From NCBI GenBank assembly GCA_035764845.1, contig DASTYP010000064.1, forward strand, positions 1 to 45,394: DNA of 45,394 nt, in the 5' to 3' direction. How positions within the stretch are numbered: position 1 is the stretch's first letter; the number at the start of each line of letters is the position of its first letter. This DNA comes from Candidatus Limnocylindria bacterium. GTDB taxonomy: Bacteria > Chloroflexota > Limnocylindria > QHBO01. Below the pieces are notes generated by a model. It was not told where the DNA came from. It saw only the letters and a list, made by a program, of their open reading frames with translations, and ran no database searches. Shown in pieces: positions 1-8,365 of the stretch. The position numbers and the translations under genes are program-made.

Positions 1-141
1 CGTTCGTGCCGACTGGGTCTCGATGAACCGCGAATCACGCTGCGGTCGCCGGCCCCAAGTGCAATGGCCGCGACCCATCGAGACGCGGGCGCCGGATCAG
101 CGATACCGGCACATCAGGGGAATCGGCGCGATACTTGAGCC

Positions 142-792
142 ATGGTGGACACGACCAAGACCGTCGGCGAGCACTTCGACGAGTGGGCGCCCAGCTACGA
201 CGCCCAGATCCGCGAGATGGTCCCGCGCTACGAGGAGATCCACGAGACCCTGCTGGCGCTTCTCGCGCTGCGGCCACCACATCGGTTCCTGGACCTCGGC
301 GCCGGCACCGGCTACACCCTGCGCCGCGTGCTGGAGAGCTTCCCGGAGACGACCGCGCTGGGACTGGACGTGTCAGCCGAGATGCTGGCCCGCGGGCGGC
401 AGCGCCTGGAAGGGCTGGAGGATCGCGTCGAGCTGCGGCAGACCGACCTGGTGTCGCCGGAGATCGACGGCGCGTACGACGCGATCGTCAGCATTCTCGC
501 CGTCCACCACCTGTATGCCGATGAGAAGCGCCACCTGTTCAGCCGCATCTGGGAGCACATCGAGCCCGGCGGCGTCTTCATGCTGGCCGACTACTTCCGC
601 CCCGCGCGCAACCGGCTGAGTGAGCTCTACCACCTCCCTGCCGAGCCGGATCCGCACGAGGTCGAGCACGACCACCCCGATACGGCCGCCGATCACCTCG
701 CCTGGCTGATCGCCGCGGGCTTCGCCGCGGTCGACGTCGTATGGAAGTACGACGACGTCGGCGTGCTGGTCGCCTGGCGCGACGAGCGCTGA
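142..792 (+). CDS. class I SAM-dependent methyltransferase
   Basis: ATG-initiated 216-aa ORF. SAM-binding motif I is FLDLGAGTGY, followed by an acidic LGLDVS loop and a later GGVFMLAD motif. Confidence 0.8.
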   Translation: MVDTTKTVGEHFDEWAPSYDAQIREMVPRYEEIHETLLALLALRPPHRFLDLGAGTGYTLRRVLESFPETTALGLDVSAEMLARGRQRLEGLEDRVELRQTDLVSPEIDGAYDAIVSILAVHHLYADEKRHLFSRIWEHIEPGGVFMLADYFRPARNRLSELYHLPAEPDPHEVEHDHPDTAADHLAWLIAAGFAAVDVVWKYDDVGVLVAWRDER

Positions 793-1508
793 GCCGATAC
801 GGTCCGCCGCTCGAGATCCAGCAGCCAGCGCTTCGCGTCCAGCCCACCGCCGTAGCCGCCGAGCCCACCGCCCGCCGCGATGACACGGTGGCACGGGATG
901 ATCACGGCCAACCGATTCGAGCCGTTCGCGCGGCCCACGGCCCGTGAGGCTGCCGGGACACCGACGCGGCGCGCCAGCTCGCGGTACGAGATCGTCTCGC
1001 CGTACGGGATCCGCTGCAGCTCGCGCCACACCAGCTCCTGGAACGGCGAGCCGGGGACGTCGAGCGGCAGGTCGAACTGGCGGCGCTCGCCGTCGAAGTA
1101 TTCACGCAGTTGCGCCTCGGCCCGGTCGAGCAAGGGGGAGGCGCCGTCGACGACCGTGCCGAAGCGACGTCGGACGCCGGCCACCTGCGCGGGATACATG
1201 CGTCGCTCCGCGAACTCGGCCATGACGACGGCGGTGTCGGTCGCCCCGAGCACCATGGGACCGATGGGAGTGTCGACGGAACGGACGACGACGGTGGTGG
1301 CCGCGTCCGGGTGGCAGCGCAGGCAGGCGCGGTAGCCTGCGACACGCGCCGTCAGCCCGTCAGGCAGGTAGGAGACGTTCTTCGGCAGCGGCTTGCGTGC
1401 GCGGCACGACGGCCGGCAGTAGATGCCGGTCGTGCGGACCGCGGCGACGAACCGGCCGTCGTAGGCGGGATCGGAGTCGTAGAAGGCGCGCTCGTACTCG
1501 ATGCTCAT
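693..1508 (-). CDS. Ada-type zinc-finger (methylphosphotriester acceptor) domain fused to methylated-DNA--protein-cysteine methyltransferase; no AraC HTH domain
   Basis: The N-terminus TTGIYCRPSCRARKPLPKNV...YRACLRCHP matches the E. coli Ada Cys4 zinc site. The C-terminus has the MGMT active site IIPCHRVI and an YRELA helix. The 3' tail overlaps the convergent methyltransferase by about 100 nt. Confidence 0.8.
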   Translation of the reverse strand: MSIEYERAFYDSDPAYDGRFVAAVRTTGIYCRPSCRARKPLPKNVSYLPDGLTARVAGYRACLRCHPDAATTVVVRSVDTPIGPMVLGATDTAVVMAEFAERRMYPAQVAGVRRRFGTVVDGASPLLDRAEAQLREYFDGERRQFDLPLDVPGSPFQELVWRELQRIPYGETISYRELARRVGVPAASRAVGRANGSNRLAVIIPCHRVIAAGGGLGGYGGGLDAKRWLLDLERRTVSAQRSSRQATSTPTSSYFHTTSTAAKPAAISQAR

Positions 1509-1563
1509 GGGGATGGAACGCCGCGACGGTCCCAGGCGTGAGACGGGCCGTGCCGACGCCGGC

Positions 1564-1971
1564 TCAGGCCTGGCCGGTTGGCTGGCGCAGGATCAGGTTG
1601 ACCAGGAACGGCGACGAGCCGAGGACCGTGTCACCGGAGCGGACCTCGATCCGGTAGCGACCGATCTCCTCCAGGCGCATGCCCTTCAGGTCGGCGACGA
1701 TGTTCGCGGTCGTGGCGGTCGGCGGGACGTTGATGCGGAGGCGGGGCGCCTGCTGCAGCGTCGGCGTGCCGGACGGGGCGACGACCTGGAACGAGAGCTC
1801 GTGCTCGCCCGGCGTCGCCTCCAGGATGGCGACGATGAAGCATCGGCCGTGCGTGGCCGGGAGCCGGTTGACGTTGATCTGGCTGAAGACGCCGACCGCG
1901 CTGATCTTGCCGTCCTGCGCGGTCAGCGCGTAGTCGCAGAGGAGGAGGGTGTGGAGCTGCACATCGGCCAT
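1564..1971 (-). CDS. hypothetical protein (135 aa), last gene of the sulfur operon before ada/ogt
   Basis: This is the C-terminal part of track ORF 1564..2931, starting at ATG 1969-1971 (MADVQLHTLLLCDYAL...). Composition is protein-like with high GC3. I recognised no family motif. Confidence 0.55.
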   Translation of the reverse strand: MADVQLHTLLLCDYALTAQDGKISAVGVFSQINVNRLPATHGRCFIVAILEATPGEHELSFQVVAPSGTPTLQQAPRLRINVPPTATTANIVADLKGMRLEEIGRYRIEVRSGDTVLGSSPFLVNLILRQPTGQA

Positions 1972-2000
1972 GGCTCGGCGAAGCCTACACCGATGCGCCG

Positions 2001-2339
2001 TCAGCCCTTGCGCTCGACGGGTAGCCCCGCCCGCTCCCAGGCGATCATCCCGCCGCGCACGTTGACCGGCCGTTCGAAGCCGTTGCGCTGCAGGAACGCG
2101 GCCGCGTGGTGGCTCCGGTTCCCGCTGCGGCAGATCAGGTACACCGGCGCGTTGCGCGGGAGCGTGTCCAGGTGCATCGGCAGCTGCTGGAGCGGGATGT
2201 GCCGGGCCTGCGGGGCGTGGCCGGCGCGCCACTCGTGCGGCTCGCGCACATCGACCAGCACCGCGCCGTCCTCCGGCAGCGCATCGACGACCTGCTTGAC
2301 GTCGGCCTCCTCGACCTTGGGCCCGAAGAGGAAGCTCAT
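2001..2339 (-). CDS. single-domain rhodanese-like sulfurtransferase
   Basis: 112 aa with active-site loop CRSGNRS and rhodanese motifs VDVREPHEW and GGMIAW. An ATGA overlap joins it to the upstream gene. Confidence 0.85.
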   Translation of the reverse strand: MSFLFGPKVEEADVKQVVDALPEDGAVLVDVREPHEWRAGHAPQARHIPLQQLPMHLDTLPRNAPVYLICRSGNRSHHAAAFLQRNGFERPVNVRGGMIAWERAGLPVERKG

Positions 2340-3739
2340 CGTGCACTGACCTCCACCGGCTGTCGCACCGGCTCCTGCTCATCGGTTTCCAGGGGGAGAC
2401 CGGCGGATCGGTACGCGTCCATGCCGCCGATGACGTGCGCCACATCCTCGCGGCCCTCGCGCGCCAGGAGGCTGGCGGCGATGCTGGAGCGGTAGCCGCC
2501 GGCACAGACGACGAGGATCGGCCCCGTCGGTACCTCGTCGAGGCGGTTCGGCAGCTGGGCCGCCGGGATGTGCAACGCGCCGGGGACGTGGCCATCGCGC
2601 CACTCGCTCGGCTCTCGGACGTCGAGAACCGTGCCCGGCTCGGCCGGCACCTGCTGTGAGCGGACCTGGCGGAGCGTCTCGACCTCGCCGTGCCACGCAT
2701 CGAAGCCGCCGACGAGGTAGCCCACGACGCGGTCGAAGCCGGCGCGCCGCAGCTGCGCGAGGGCCGGGTCGAGATCCTCCGGTCGCTCCAGGACCAGCAC
2801 GAGCTCGCGGTCGATGGCGGCCATGGACCCGGTCCACGTGCCGAAGGTGTCGGAGAGGCCGATCGACAGCGAACCGGGGATGTGGCCGGCGGCGAAGAGG
2901 TCGGGATCGCGAGCGTCGATGACGGACGCACCGTGGCCGACGGCGTGGGACAGCTCGTCCGCGGTCATGGCTCGCGGCGTCGCGAGCTCGGCGAGGGATT
3001 CCGCGCCGGCCTGGTTGGTGGGGCGCATCCGGCGCCAGTAGGCCGGGACGCTCGGCTGGTCGGCCAGGATGAACCGGGTGAATGCGTCCGCGTCCGGCTG
3101 GTTCAGCGCCGGGTTGTGGCGCCGCTCGAAGCCGACGGTCGACCAGCGCTTGCCGCCGATGCCCGAGCCGCACAGCGACCCGGCGCCGTGCGTCGGGTAC
3201 AGCTCGATCCAGTCGGGGAGCGGCGAGATGCGGTTCTGCAGCGTGTGGAACAGCACCGCGGCGGCCCGGCGCGCCTCCTCGGGCCCGCCGAGCAGATCGG
3301 GGCGTGCCGCCGTGCCGACCAGCAGCGCGCCGCCGGAGAGGAGGATCCAGTCCTCGTCGGTGCGCGACAGGTCGGCGACCAGGAAGGCCAGATGGTCGGG
3401 TGTGTGACCGGGCGTGGCGACGGCGCGCACCCGGAGCGAGCCGACGCGGAGCTCGTCGCCATCCGACATCGGCTGGTGCGGACGCGTCAGCTGGGCCGTC
3501 GGGGAGGCGTGGACCGTCGCGTCGGTCGCGCGCCGCAGCTCGTCCGCGCCCGAGACGTAGTCGTTGTGCACGTGAGTCTCGAGGACGTCGGTGATCCGGA
3601 GCCCTTCGTCCCCCGCGGCGTGGAGGTAGTCCTCGACGTCGCGGCGGGGATCGACCACGAACGCCACGCCGCCACTGGCGTCGCCGATGAGATAGCTCGC
3701 GTGGCCGAGGCCCTTCACGAAGAACTGCTGGAGGTACAT
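2336..3739 (-). CDS. MBL-fold persulfide dioxygenase-like domain fused to two rhodanese domains
   Basis: 467 aa. The N-terminal metallo-beta-lactamase motif is THVHNDYVSG and the later metal ligands are present. Two C-terminal rhodanese modules follow, the last with a CAGGYRS catalytic loop. Confidence 0.8.
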   Translation of the reverse strand: MYLQQFFVKGLGHASYLIGDASGGVAFVVDPRRDVEDYLHAAGDEGLRITDVLETHVHNDYVSGADELRRATDATVHASPTAQLTRPHQPMSDGDELRVGSLRVRAVATPGHTPDHLAFLVADLSRTDEDWILLSGGALLVGTAARPDLLGGPEEARRAAAVLFHTLQNRISPLPDWIELYPTHGAGSLCGSGIGGKRWSTVGFERRHNPALNQPDADAFTRFILADQPSVPAYWRRMRPTNQAGAESLAELATPRAMTADELSHAVGHGASVIDARDPDLFAAGHIPGSLSIGLSDTFGTWTGSMAAIDRELVLVLERPEDLDPALAQLRRAGFDRVVGYLVGGFDAWHGEVETLRQVRSQQVPAEPGTVLDVREPSEWRDGHVPGALHIPAAQLPNRLDEVPTGPILVVCAGGYRSSIAASLLAREGREDVAHVIGGMDAYRSAGLPLETDEQEPVRQPVEVSAR

Positions 3740-3794
3740 GGTTCAGGTTGCCTCGATGGGGCGTGGCTGGTGATGGCGTGTCATGCGGGGACAG

Positions 3795-3823
3795 AGCCTA
3801 GCAAGACTTGCGTGTTTGCGCAA
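3795..3823 (-). promoter_or_regulatory. candidate sigma70-type promoter for the MBL-rhodanese operon, with a palindromic TTGCGCAA at the -35 position
   Basis: On the minus strand the sequence reads TTGCGC-N17-TAGGCT, inside the only low-GC stretch between 3740 and 3832. TTGCGCAA (3816-3823) is self-complementary and is preceded by a second TTGCG half-site. Confidence 0.3.
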
Positions 3824-3832
3824 TCAAGGGAA

Positions 3833-4303
3833 TCAGTCAGGAACAGCACCGACGAGCTCCGCGGCGACGTCGACCAGCGAGACGTGCGGCAGCGCGGGCA
3901 GCTCGGCGAGTGGCACCCAGCGCGCGGCATCGGTCGAGCCCTCGAACTCGTCTCGCAGCTCCCCGCCGGTGATCCGGACGCGGTAGAGGATGCGGATGCC
4001 GTGGAAGTCCGTCGGAAGTCCGTCCTGCGCGCTCGGAAACTTGGCCGCCAGCGAGTCGACCGCCAGGAGCTCGGCCACCTCGCCGATCAGCCCGGTCTCC
4101 TCGTCGAGCTCGCGCAGCACCGCGTCCCGCGGGTCCTCGCCATGGTCCAGGCCCCCGCCGGGGAGCGTCCACTTGCCGTCGGACTCGACCGTATAGCCGG
4201 GCGTGATGCGCGTGAGCAGCATGGCATCGTCGTGGACGCAGACCGCGTACGCCGAGACGCGGAGGTGGCGGCGGTACTCCAGCGGCGCGGGCTCGTCCGT
4301 CAC
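3833..4303 (-). CDS. NUDIX hydrolase
   Basis: The Nudix box is GGGLDHGEDPRDAVLRELDEETG. I chose the GTG start at 4301-4303, which overlaps the upstream stop (GTGA). The track ORF extension to 4795 is Arg/Pro-rich and overlaps other genes. Confidence 0.75.
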   Translation of the reverse strand: MTDEPAPLEYRRHLRVSAYAVCVHDDAMLLTRITPGYTVESDGKWTLPGGGLDHGEDPRDAVLRELDEETGLIGEVAELLAVDSLAAKFPSAQDGLPTDFHGIRILYRVRITGGELRDEFEGSTDAARWVPLAELPALPHVSLVDVAAELVGAVPD

Positions 4304-4680
4304 TTCGTGGCGTACTGATCGGCGCCGAGGAAGTGGAGGCTGACGTAGGGCTCGTCGCCGACGACGACCGAGTCGTGGCCGGGGCCGATCTCGAACAGGT
4401 CGCCGGGGCCGACCTCGATGACGCGTCCATCGGTCATCTCGATCCGGTTGCGCCCGCTGAGCACCAGCCCCACGTGCGCGACCTCGCATGCGCTCTGCCC
4501 CAGCGCCGCACCGACGTGCTCGGACCAGCGCCAGCCCGGCTCGTACTCGGCCCGTCCGACGCTCAGGCCGCCGATCTGGACCAGGTCGAATCGTCCGAGC
4601 GGGAACTCCCGGTGCTCGTCGGGATCGTCGAAGCGGCGGCTGATCATGGCGGGCTCGGGCATCGGTGTCTCCTCCGTCAC
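4300..4680 (-). CDS. cupin domain protein
   Basis: 126 aa with a cupin-like beta-barrel pattern (GWRWSEH...HVGLVLSG...GPGDLFEIGPGH). The GTG start overlaps the SixA stop (GTGA). Confidence 0.65.
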   Translation of the reverse strand: MTEETPMPEPAMISRRFDDPDEHREFPLGRFDLVQIGGLSVGRAEYEPGWRWSEHVGAALGQSACEVAHVGLVLSGRNRIEMTDGRVIEVGPGDLFEIGPGHDSVVVGDEPYVSLHFLGADQYATK

Positions 4681-5144
4681 TCGGTGTACAGGTCGGGGTC
4701 GATGAGCCAGGCGATCTCGCCGGCACCGGGCTCAGGGATGCCCGGGAACTCCAGGCAGGCCAACCCGCCGGGCCGCATCCGGACGCTCGATGCATTCGTC
4801 AGGTGGCAGATGATGGTCGACAGATCCGGCTCGTGGCCGACGAACAGGACGCGCCGCGTGTCGCCGGCGTGGGTGGCCAGCGCGCGGGCCACGTCGCCCC
4901 AGTCGGCGCCGGGCCGCAGCCGGTCGTCCAGGATCGGCGTCCGGCCGATCTGCTCCGCCGCGATCTCCGCCGTCCGCCGGGCACGCAGCACCGGGGACGA
5001 GATGACCGCGTCGGGTCGCAGGTTGAGCCGATGCCAGAGCGGCCCGGCCGCCAGCAGGGCCGCCTCACCGTCAGCCGTCAGGTCGCGACGCTCGTCGTCC
5101 GAGCCCTGCTCGGCCCGGCCGTGGCGCAGGAAGTAGAGGATCAC
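4677..5144 (-). CDS. sixA: phosphohistidine phosphatase, SixA-like (histidine phosphatase superfamily)
   Basis: Has the LRHGRAE catalytic RHG motif, SSPVLRARRTAE, and a second His in VGHEPDL. The GTG start at 5142-5144 overlaps the Hsp20 stop. Confidence 0.7.
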   Translation of the reverse strand: MILYFLRHGRAEQGSDDERRDLTADGEAALLAAGPLWHRLNLRPDAVISSPVLRARRTAEIAAEQIGRTPILDDRLRPGADWGDVARALATHAGDTRRVLFVGHEPDLSTIICHLTNASSVRMRPGGLACLEFPGIPEPGAGEIAWLIDPDLYTE

Positions 5145-5581
5145 ACCACGACCGTGGTCGCGCTGCTGTCGTCGTTGGGGGTGGGGTCGTCCTCGTCGCC
5201 GCCCCGGGTCCCGGCGTGTCCCGCCGTGACGCCGCGCGCCTGGCCGGTCCGTCGGACCAGCACGCGGCCGCCGGCCGTCGCGCCGACCTTCGGGAAGGTG
5301 ATGGCCAGCACGCCGTTGCCGTAGCTCACGTTGGCGCGCGTCGCGTCCACGGCGCAGGGCAGCTCGACGGTCCGCTCGTACGGTCCGTACGCCCACTCGC
5401 GGAGCAGGTAGTCGATCCGCTCCTGTCCCTCGCCGTGCTGCGCGGCGCGCAGCGTCAGGTGCCCGTCATCGGTCACGTCGATGGTGATGTCCTCGGGTGC
5501 GACCCCGGGCATCGGTGCCACCACCATCAGCTCGCGGTCGTTGTCGAACATGTTCACCGGGATCGCGGTCGCATCGGTCAT
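5141..5581 (-). CDS. Hsp20/alpha-crystallin family small heat-shock protein
   Basis: 146 aa with an alpha-crystallin domain pattern (...LTLRA...ERTVELP...A.Y.NGVL.I..PK). A strong SD (GAGAGGAGGA) lies upstream of the ATG. Confidence 0.75.
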   Translation of the reverse strand: MTDATAIPVNMFDNDRELMVVAPMPGVAPEDITIDVTDDGHLTLRAAQHGEGQERIDYLLREWAYGPYERTVELPCAVDATRANVSYGNGVLAITFPKVGATAGGRVLVRRTGQARGVTAGHAGTRGGDEDDPTPNDDSSATTVVV

Positions 5582-5674
5582 TCGGTGGTCCTCCTCTCGC
5601 GCGCGGTGTGCAGGGATCGTACCGAGTTGCGGAGGGGAGCAGAATCAGCCGACCACACGCAGCAGGACCAACCG

Positions 5675-6052
5675 ATGCCCGAGCATCCCTTCGTCATCCG
5701 AGCCGGAGAGGGACAGGCGGGGCCGCCGACGGCCGGCATGGAGCGGCGCACCCTGGTCGAACGTCCGGACGCCTGGGCGGGATGGGTCCGGACCGATGCC
5801 GGCGTGGCCGGTGGCTGGCACCACCACGGCGACCACGACTCGTACATCTACGTCCTTCGGGGGTCGCTGACGATTGATTTCGGACCCGGCGGCCGCGAAT
5901 CCATCGCGGCGGGGGCCGGTGACTTCGTGTTCAACCCCGCCGGGCTCGTCCATCGCGAGACGACGAGTGCGGACGGCGACGCCGAGGTGTTCGTGGTCCG
6001 CGTGGGGGACGGGCCGCACCTGGTGAACGTCGAGGGTCCGGATCCGGGCTGA
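5675..6052 (+). CDS. cupin domain protein
   Basis: 125 aa starting at ATG 5675, with cupin motifs GGWHHHGDHDSYIYVLRG and GDFVFNPAGLVHRE. The track ORF start at 5216 lies antisense within hsp20. Confidence 0.7.
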   Translation: MPEHPFVIRAGEGQAGPPTAGMERRTLVERPDAWAGWVRTDAGVAGGWHHHGDHDSYIYVLRGSLTIDFGPGGRESIAAGAGDFVFNPAGLVHRETTSADGDAEVFVVRVGDGPHLVNVEGPDPG

Positions 6053-6286
6053 GTCAGCGAGTCGGCATGTGGCGCCCGTGCGCCTGGTTTGGCGAGATGT
6101 GCCGCCTGGCGAGCAATAGACGGCCGATGCGCCGGCGGGCGAGCGATTCCACGCTCAAGCCGACCGCGCGAGACCCGCACCGGCCGGATACTGCCTCGAT
6201 ATCCGCGCATCCCGCGGATCGGTGGTCCCGTTCCGCGCCATGCGCGCCAGGCGCACATTCCGCGACGACCAACCACACGAGGCCGA

Positions 6287-7513
6287 TCAGTCCGGGAACG
6301 CCTCCGGTCCGCGCTCCGAGAGCTCGCGCGCGTGCTCGGCCCCGTCCTCCGGCGGCAGCCAGGAGTAGGGGTAGCGGTCGTCCTCCAGCTCGGAGGCCTG
6401 CCGCGTGAGGTGGAGCGGATGGAACGTGTCGATCATCACCGCCAGCTCCTCCGTCGCCTCCTTGCCGATCGACGCCTCCACCGACCCGGGGTGCGGGCCA
6501 TGGGCGATCCCGGCCGGATGGATGGTGAAGGAGCTGATGTCCACGCCGCGGCGGCTCATGAAGTTGCCGGCGACGTAGTAGATGACCTCGTCGGAGTTGA
6601 TGTTCGAGTGGTTGTACGGCGCCGGAATGGCCAGCGGGTGGTAGTCGAACTTGCGGGGCACGAACGAGCAGACCACGAAGTTCCGCGGCTGGAAGGTCAG
6701 GTGGACCGGCGGCGGCTGGTGGACGCGCCCGGTGATCGGCTCGAAGTCGCCGATGTTGAAGGCGAACGGCCACAGGTGCCCGTCCCAGCCCACCAGGTCG
6801 AAGGGGTGGTGACGGTAGTGGTAGGCGGTGACACGGCCGCGCGTCTTGACCTCGACGACGTAGTCCCCGATCGACAGGTCCGGCGCCATCTCGTCGGGTG
6901 GGCGGATGTCGCGTTCGCAGTAGGGCGAGTGCTCCAGCAGTTGACCGAACTCGTTGCGGTAGCGCCGCGGCGGCTCGATGTTCGACGGGCACTCCAGCCA
7001 CAGCATGCGCTGCGGCACGCCGGCATCCGGACGCAGCCGGAAGGTCGTGCCGATGGGGATGACCAGGTAGTCGCCGGGGCCGTACGGGATCGGGCCGAAG
7101 ATCGTCTCGAGGACGCCGGTGCCCTCGTGCACGAAGTACATCTCGTCGGCTTCGCCGCTGCGGTAGTACCGCTCCATCGGCTCTGAGGGCAGCACCACGC
7201 CGAAGGTGACGTCCGCGTTGTAGAACAGCGGCACCCGGCCGGAGACGCCATCCCCGCGCGCCTCCAGGTCCTTCGTGTTGACCAGCCGATGCCGATGCGC
7301 GCCGGACGCCTCGTCCGGCGACTGCTCGATGACCACGTCGCGCACCTTCTCGATCTGGTGCGTCTGGGTCGGCGGGGTGTGGTGGTAGAGGAGGCTCGCG
7401 CGCCCGCTGAAGCCCTCGACCCCGAACAGCTCCTCCGCGTACAGGCTGCCGTCGGGCTTCCGGAACTGGGTGTGGCGCTTGTGCGGGACCTCGCCGCGCT
7501 GCACGTAGAACAT
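6287..7513 (-). CDS. hmgA: homogentisate 1,2-dioxygenase
   Basis: 408 aa from ATG 7511-7513 (MFYVQRGEVPHKRHTQF...). Length and conserved blocks such as HRH..N, GDYLVIPIGTTFR, PAPYNHSN and IHPAGIAHGP fit the short bacterial HGD family. Confidence 0.8.
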   Translation of the reverse strand: MFYVQRGEVPHKRHTQFRKPDGSLYAEELFGVEGFSGRASLLYHHTPPTQTHQIEKVRDVVIEQSPDEASGAHRHRLVNTKDLEARGDGVSGRVPLFYNADVTFGVVLPSEPMERYYRSGEADEMYFVHEGTGVLETIFGPIPYGPGDYLVIPIGTTFRLRPDAGVPQRMLWLECPSNIEPPRRYRNEFGQLLEHSPYCERDIRPPDEMAPDLSIGDYVVEVKTRGRVTAYHYRHHPFDLVGWDGHLWPFAFNIGDFEPITGRVHQPPPVHLTFQPRNFVVCSFVPRKFDYHPLAIPAPYNHSNINSDEVIYYVAGNFMSRRGVDISSFTIHPAGIAHGPHPGSVEASIGKEATEELAVMIDTFHPLHLTRQASELEDDRYPYSWLPPEDGAEHARELSERGPEAFPD

Positions 7514-7558
7514 CGTGGTGCATGATCGCACGCGACGAATGGGGGAGGAGGAGGCAGG

Positions 7559-7978
7559 GTGATCATCGACCCGGGGACGGAGAAGGGAGCGCGCGTGGAT
7601 GCGCGCCTGCGCTCCGAGCTGGTGGCGTGGCTGGTGACGGTGAGCGCCGACGGCACGCCGGTCCCGACGCCGGTGTGGTTCTGGTGGGACGGCGCGACGA
7701 TCCTCGTCTACTCGCAGCCCGACAGGCCGAAGCTGCGCCACATCGCCGCGAATCCGCGGGTCGCCCTCGCCATGCGGACCGATGAGCACGGCGACGCCCT
7801 CATCGTCATCACGGGACGGGCCACCGTGGATGCGGCGGCGCCGCGGGCGAATGAGCTCGACGGCTACCTGGTCAAGTACGACGCCTCGATCGCGCGGCTC
7901 GGCGCGACGCCGGCCGAGTTCGGCGGCGAGTACTCCGTTCCCATCCGCATCACGCCGACGCGGCTGCGCGCCTGGTAG
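7559..7978 (+). CDS. PPOX-class (pyridoxamine 5'-phosphate oxidase-like) probable F420-dependent enzyme
   Basis: 139 aa with a GTG start preceded by GGGAGGAGG. The pattern WLVTVSADGTPVPTPVWFWWDG...ILVYS...KLRHIAANPRV is typical of the small split-barrel F420/FMN family. Confidence 0.65.
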   Translation: MIIDPGTEKGARVDARLRSELVAWLVTVSADGTPVPTPVWFWWDGATILVYSQPDRPKLRHIAANPRVALAMRTDEHGDALIVITGRATVDAAAPRANELDGYLVKYDASIARLGATPAEFGGEYSVPIRITPTRLRAW

Positions 7979-7987
7979 GGGCGCCGA

Positions 7988-8365
7988 TCAGGCGGCGGAC
8001 GCAGCGACTAGCCGGTCCACGGCGTCGAGCATCTCGGCCAGGTTGAACGGCTTGGCCAGCCACGCGTCGGCGCGGATGTTCTCCGCCGCGCCCTCGAGGT
8101 CGCGGGCGGCGGACAGGATCATGACCCGTGCCTGCGGGGCGAGCTCGTGGTCATGCTGGTGGCGTCGGAACTCGAAGGCGTCCATCTCGGGCATCATCAG
8201 GTCGAGCACGATCACCTCCGGCACCCAGCTCGTGAGGACGGCGAGCGCCTCGCGACCATGCCCTGCGACGCGCACCTCGTAGCCCTCGTCGAGCAGCACC
8301 TCCGCGAGCGTCTCGCGCAGCGTGTCGTCGTCCTCGACCACCAGGATCCGGGCGTCGGAGCTCAT
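7988..8365 (-). CDS. response regulator, receiver domain only
   Basis: 125 aa (ILVVEDDD..., phospho-acceptor context VIVLDLMMPEMD, conserved AKPF). An ATGA overlap joins it to the upstream kinase. Confidence 0.85.
   Translation of the reverse strand: MSSDARILVVEDDDTLRETLAEVLLDEGYEVRVAGHGREALAVLTSWVPEVIVLDLMMPEMDAFEFRRHQHDHELAPQARVMILSAARDLEGAAENIRADAWLAKPFNLAEMLDAVDRLVAASAA

Noticed and set aside
1-141. A possible 3' end of an upstream gene or a promoter for the first methyltransferase.
   Set aside because: Frame 3 reaches a stop at 22-24, and no frame has a recognisable motif in so short a piece. Nothing can be supported.
6053-6286. A 234-nt non-coding gap between the convergent cupin and hmgA genes, examined for a tRNA, small RNA or small ORF.
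   Set aside because: I saw no T-loop (GGTTCGAATCC-like) or cloverleaf pattern and only short 5-bp hairpins. No frame has coding-like GC3 bias. It is left unannotated and would need an Rfam scan or RNA-seq to say more.
7286-7298. The tandem CCGATGCCGATGC, considered as a possible microsatellite or CRISPR-like repeat.
   Set aside because: There are only two overlapping copies, inside hmgA and in frame (His-Arg-His-Arg on the minus strand). There is no spacer-repeat periodicity anywhere in the window.
6054-7523. A 489-aa minus-strand ORF and a 365-aa plus-strand ORF (6089..7186) across the hmgA locus.
   Set aside because: These are off-frame or antisense to the homogentisate dioxygenase frame, which alone shows conserved enzyme blocks. 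Their composition is typical of spurious GC-rich ORFs.
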